DNA of 61,726 nucleotides, counting the filler, from Asterionella formosa (Eukaryota), in assembly GCA_002256025.1 (NCBI GenBank). It is 18 parts of 18 records of this genome, joined end to end, with 100 filler letters (N's around TTAATTAATTAA, not from the genome) between each part and the next. Parts side by side here need not be neighbours in the genome. Positions count along the whole stretch, not along the records: positions 58,405 to 61,726 come from NKIB01014240.1; 17 more parts are not named here. One strand, given 5' to 3'. The notes beneath the pieces are model-generated. The model was not told the origin of the DNA. It worked only from the letters and a program-made list of their open reading frames with translations, and did not search any database. Shown here one piece after another: positions 58,406 to 61,726 of the stretch; positions within the stretch are counted from its first letter, which is position 1, and every line of letters starts with the position of its first letter. Made by a program: the position numbers and the translations under genes.

Positions 58406-61400
58406 GATTGTAGTAAAACTACCCTTAGTATGGGCAATCCACTACCATCACCGCAACAAGGAGTTGTTACCAAACTAATGGATGAAGGGTTGCCTCATAA
58501 CTACGGCATGTCCACTACATCTTCTGCTGTTTCTCCACATATTACCACTTCGGCTCCTCTTCCACCAATTACCACTTCGGCTCTTCCTCCACCAATTGCC
58601 ACCAAGATCGAACCCATGATGGGACAAGTTCCTCTAAACAACAATGCGGATGTTAATAATCACACTCAACAAAATATGGTTCAAGTTTCGTCGGTTACTG
58701 TTTCGGAGGCGAAGATTGAAGAATCAGCTGCTGCAGTAGTAGCAGTTACAACTAGTGCCAAAAGTATGGACTCGTTAGTTAACAAACATGTGATTTCTCC
58801 TCCTATGTGGTCGATGCCTCATAGTCAGGTTCACGCTACAACAACAACAACTACTACTGCTACTACATCAGACGACACTCAAGAAATGACACGGGAACTA
58901 CCAATCCTGAATAAGGCAAAGACATTTGTCAATGATCCAAGTAACACAGCAGCCCTGCCACTTGTACATCATGAGGAAATGGGTACTAAGTCTCTTGTAA
59001 ACGAGCCTGAAGTAGCTGCACAAATATATGGGTTAAACAATGAGGGAAAGTTGCATTCATCAGGTTGGGTGGCTCAATTAGACTCCAGTAGTGGTCAGAC
59101 ATACTATTATCATGCGGACACCCAAGAAACGACATGGGAAAAGCCACTGGAAAATGTCGTCGAGAATACATCTTATCCAAGCAATTCAACAGCAATGCCA
59201 CTAGTAAATCAAGATGAAATAGGTACTGACAATCTTGTGACAGGGAATGCTCGAGAATATGGTTTAGAACATGAAGCTAATGAGAGGTCAGGGAGAGTGG
59301 CTCAGGTAGAAACCAGAAGTGATGGACAAACCTTTTCTGGTTTTATGGACAACCAAGAAATTTCAGTTGAACAGCCTATCCTTCCACTGGAAAATGTGGT
59401 TGGAGATAAATCCGATCCAATCGAGAAAACAAGGCCACAATTGAATCAAGATGAAATGTATACTAACAATCTTGATAATAAGCCTGAGGAAACTGTCCCA
59501 ATTCATAGTTTGGAAAATGAATCAGTTGGGAGCTTTCTTCCATCAGGTTGGGTGGCTCAGACAGACCCCAGCAGTGGTGAGACATACTACTATCATGTGG
59601 ACACGCAAGAAACAACATGGGAAAAGCCAATCCTGCATGCGAACGACACAGATGAATGCCTAGATGTGTGTTCAGATGACAAAGCTGCAACTCCAGAAAT
59701 GAAAAGTGAATTGGTTTCTGACGATCTTGCACAAGAGACAATGATACCTGAGCCAGTTCATAGGATAGAAGATGAATCAGTTGAGGGGTTGCTCCCTTCA
59801 GGATGGGTGGCTCAGGTAGACCCCAACAGTGGCGAGACATACTACTATCATGCGGACACCCAAGAAACAACATGGGAAAAACCAATTCTACAGGGAAACA
59901 ACAATGATGAATACCTAGATTTGTGTTCAGATGAAAAAGCTACAACACCAGAAATGAACGATGAATTTGCTTCTGGCAATCTTGCACAAGAGCCTGTGGT
60001 ATTTGATTCAGTTCATGGGTTAGAAGGTGAATCAGTTGAGGGCTTGCTTCCTACAGGATGGGTGGCTCAGGTAGACCCCAACAGTGGTGAGACATACTAC
60101 TATCATGCGGACACGCAAGAAACAACATGGGAAAAGCCAACCCTGCCACAGGAGGATGTTGTAGTCGGTATGCCGGATGCAAGCAATACAGCAACGTCTT
60201 GGGAGGATCTGTATGAAACGGGTACTGGCAATGCTGTAGAAGAGACTGAGGTCACTGCACCAGTTTATAGTTTGGACAATGAACCTGTTGAGGGCTTGCT
60301 TCCATCGGGTTGGATTGCTCAGGTAGACCCCAGCAGTGGGCAGACATACTATTACCATGCAGATACCAATGAAGCTACATGGGAAAAGCCAATGATGTCC
60401 CTTGACAGTGTTGTCGATGAACCAATCACGACAGAGACATCGATTCCACTAGTGCATCAAGATGAAATGTATCCTAACAATCTTGATAATAAGCCTGAGG
60501 AAACTGTCCCAATTCATAGTTTGGAAAATGAATCAGTTGGGAGCTTTCTTCCATCAGGTTGGGTGGCTCAGACAGACCCCAGCAGTGGTGAGACATACTA
60601 CTATCATGCGGACACTCAAGAAACAACATGGGAAAAGCCAATTCTACAAGTAAACGACAATGATGGATGCCTAGATGTGAGCTCAAGTGAACAAGCTGCA
60701 ACTCCAGAAATGAAAAGTGAATTGGTTTCTGACGATCTTGCACAAGAGACAATGATACCTGAGCCAGTTCATAGGAAAGAAGATGAATCAGTTGAGGGGT
60801 TGCTCCCTTCAGGATGGGTGGCTCAGGTAGACCCCAACAGTGGTGAGACATACTACTATCATGCGGGCACCAAAGAAACAACATGGGAAAAACCAATTCT
60901 ACAGGGAAACAACAATGATGAATGCCTAGATTTGTGTTCAGATGGAAAGGCTACAACGTCAGAAGTGAACAATGAATTTGCTTCTGGTAATCTTGCACAA
61001 GAGCCAGTGGTATTTGATTCAGTTCATGGGTTAGAAGGTGAATCAGTTGAGGGCTTGCTTCCTACAGGATGGGTGGCTCAGGTAGACCGCAACAGTGGTG
61101 AGACATACTACTATCATGCGGACACGCAAGAAATAACATGGGAAAAGCCAATTCTACAAGTAAACAACAATGATGGATGCCTAGATATGAGCTCAAGTGA
61201 ACAAGCTGCAACTCCAGAAATGAAAAGTGAAATGGTTTCTGACGATCTTGCACAAGAGACAATGATACATGAGCCAGTTCATAGGATAGAAGATGAATCA
61301 GTTGAGGGGTTGCTCCCTTCAGGATGGGTGGCTCAGGTAGACCCCAACAGTGGTGAGACATACTACTATCATGCGGACACGCAAGAAACAACATGGGAAA

Positions 61401-61726
61401 AACCAATTCTACAGGGAAACAACAATGATGAATGCCTAGATTTGTGTTCAGATGGAAAGGCTACAACGTCAGAAGTGAACAATGAATTTGCTTCTGGTAA
61501 TCTTGCACAAGAGCCAGTGGTATTTGATTCAGTTCATGGGTTAGAAGGTGAATCAGTTGAGGGGTGGCTTCCTATAGGATGGGTGGCTCAGGTAGACCGC
61601 AACAGTGGTGAGACATACTACTATCATGCTGACACCCAAGAAACTACATGGGAAAAGCCAACCCTGCCACAGGAGGATGTTGTAGTCGGTATGCCGGATG
61701 CAAGCAATACAGCAATGTCTCCAGAG
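58406..61726 (+). CDS. Internal part of a very large acidic protein with a tandem WW-domain array (10 intact, 1 degenerate)
   Basis: The frame from 58406 appears open to the window end (1107 codons), consistent with its absence from the ORF track. LP.GWVAQVDP.SGETYYYHADTQETTWEKP occurs at about 59063, 59546, 59801, 60056, 60308, 60557, 60812, 61067, 61322 and 61577; the degenerate copy is near 59290. Confidence 0.9.

Noticed and set aside
59040..61726. Conserved ~90-nt repeat with variable spacers as a CRISPR-like or DGR-like array
   Set aside because: The repeats encode WW domains in one open frame and the linkers are themselves duplicated. The short ORFs listed here are shadow frames.

Overview
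This is not one locus. It is 18 unrelated contigs of about 3.3 kb, in roughly decreasing length, joined by 17 artificial 100-nt spacers (44 N + TTAATTAATTAA + 44 N), so neighbourhood across spacers is meaningless. The DNA is eukaryotic nuclear and almost certainly diatom: short GT-AG introns, signal-peptide plus ASAFAP-type plastid presequences (ClpP, MsrB), CoDi-type Copia and Gypsy retroelements, and a diatom-style LRR membrane protein. Host genes include a membrane-anchored prokaryote-type UDP-galactopyranose mutase, plastid ClpP, MsrB, a family-16 methyltransferase, a SAM-carrier-like SLC25 protein, an ankyrin protein, an At4g37920-like protein, LRR proteins, and a >1100-aa WW-domain array that the ORF track missed. 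Much of the rest is transposon debris (Copia, Gypsy, Harbinger/PIF, pogo/Tigger, unclassified non-coding repeats) joined by abrupt junctions. The most interesting pattern is pervasive intergenic TA-CC(A/T/-)GG-TA motifs together with a family of TA-flanked DNA-transposon ends beginning CCA..AAAAACTG; the motifs fit excision footprints of that family (inference). Also notable are the UGM architecture and a PGRL1 fragment embedded in a large repeat. All family calls come from motif recognition by eye; no searches were run.
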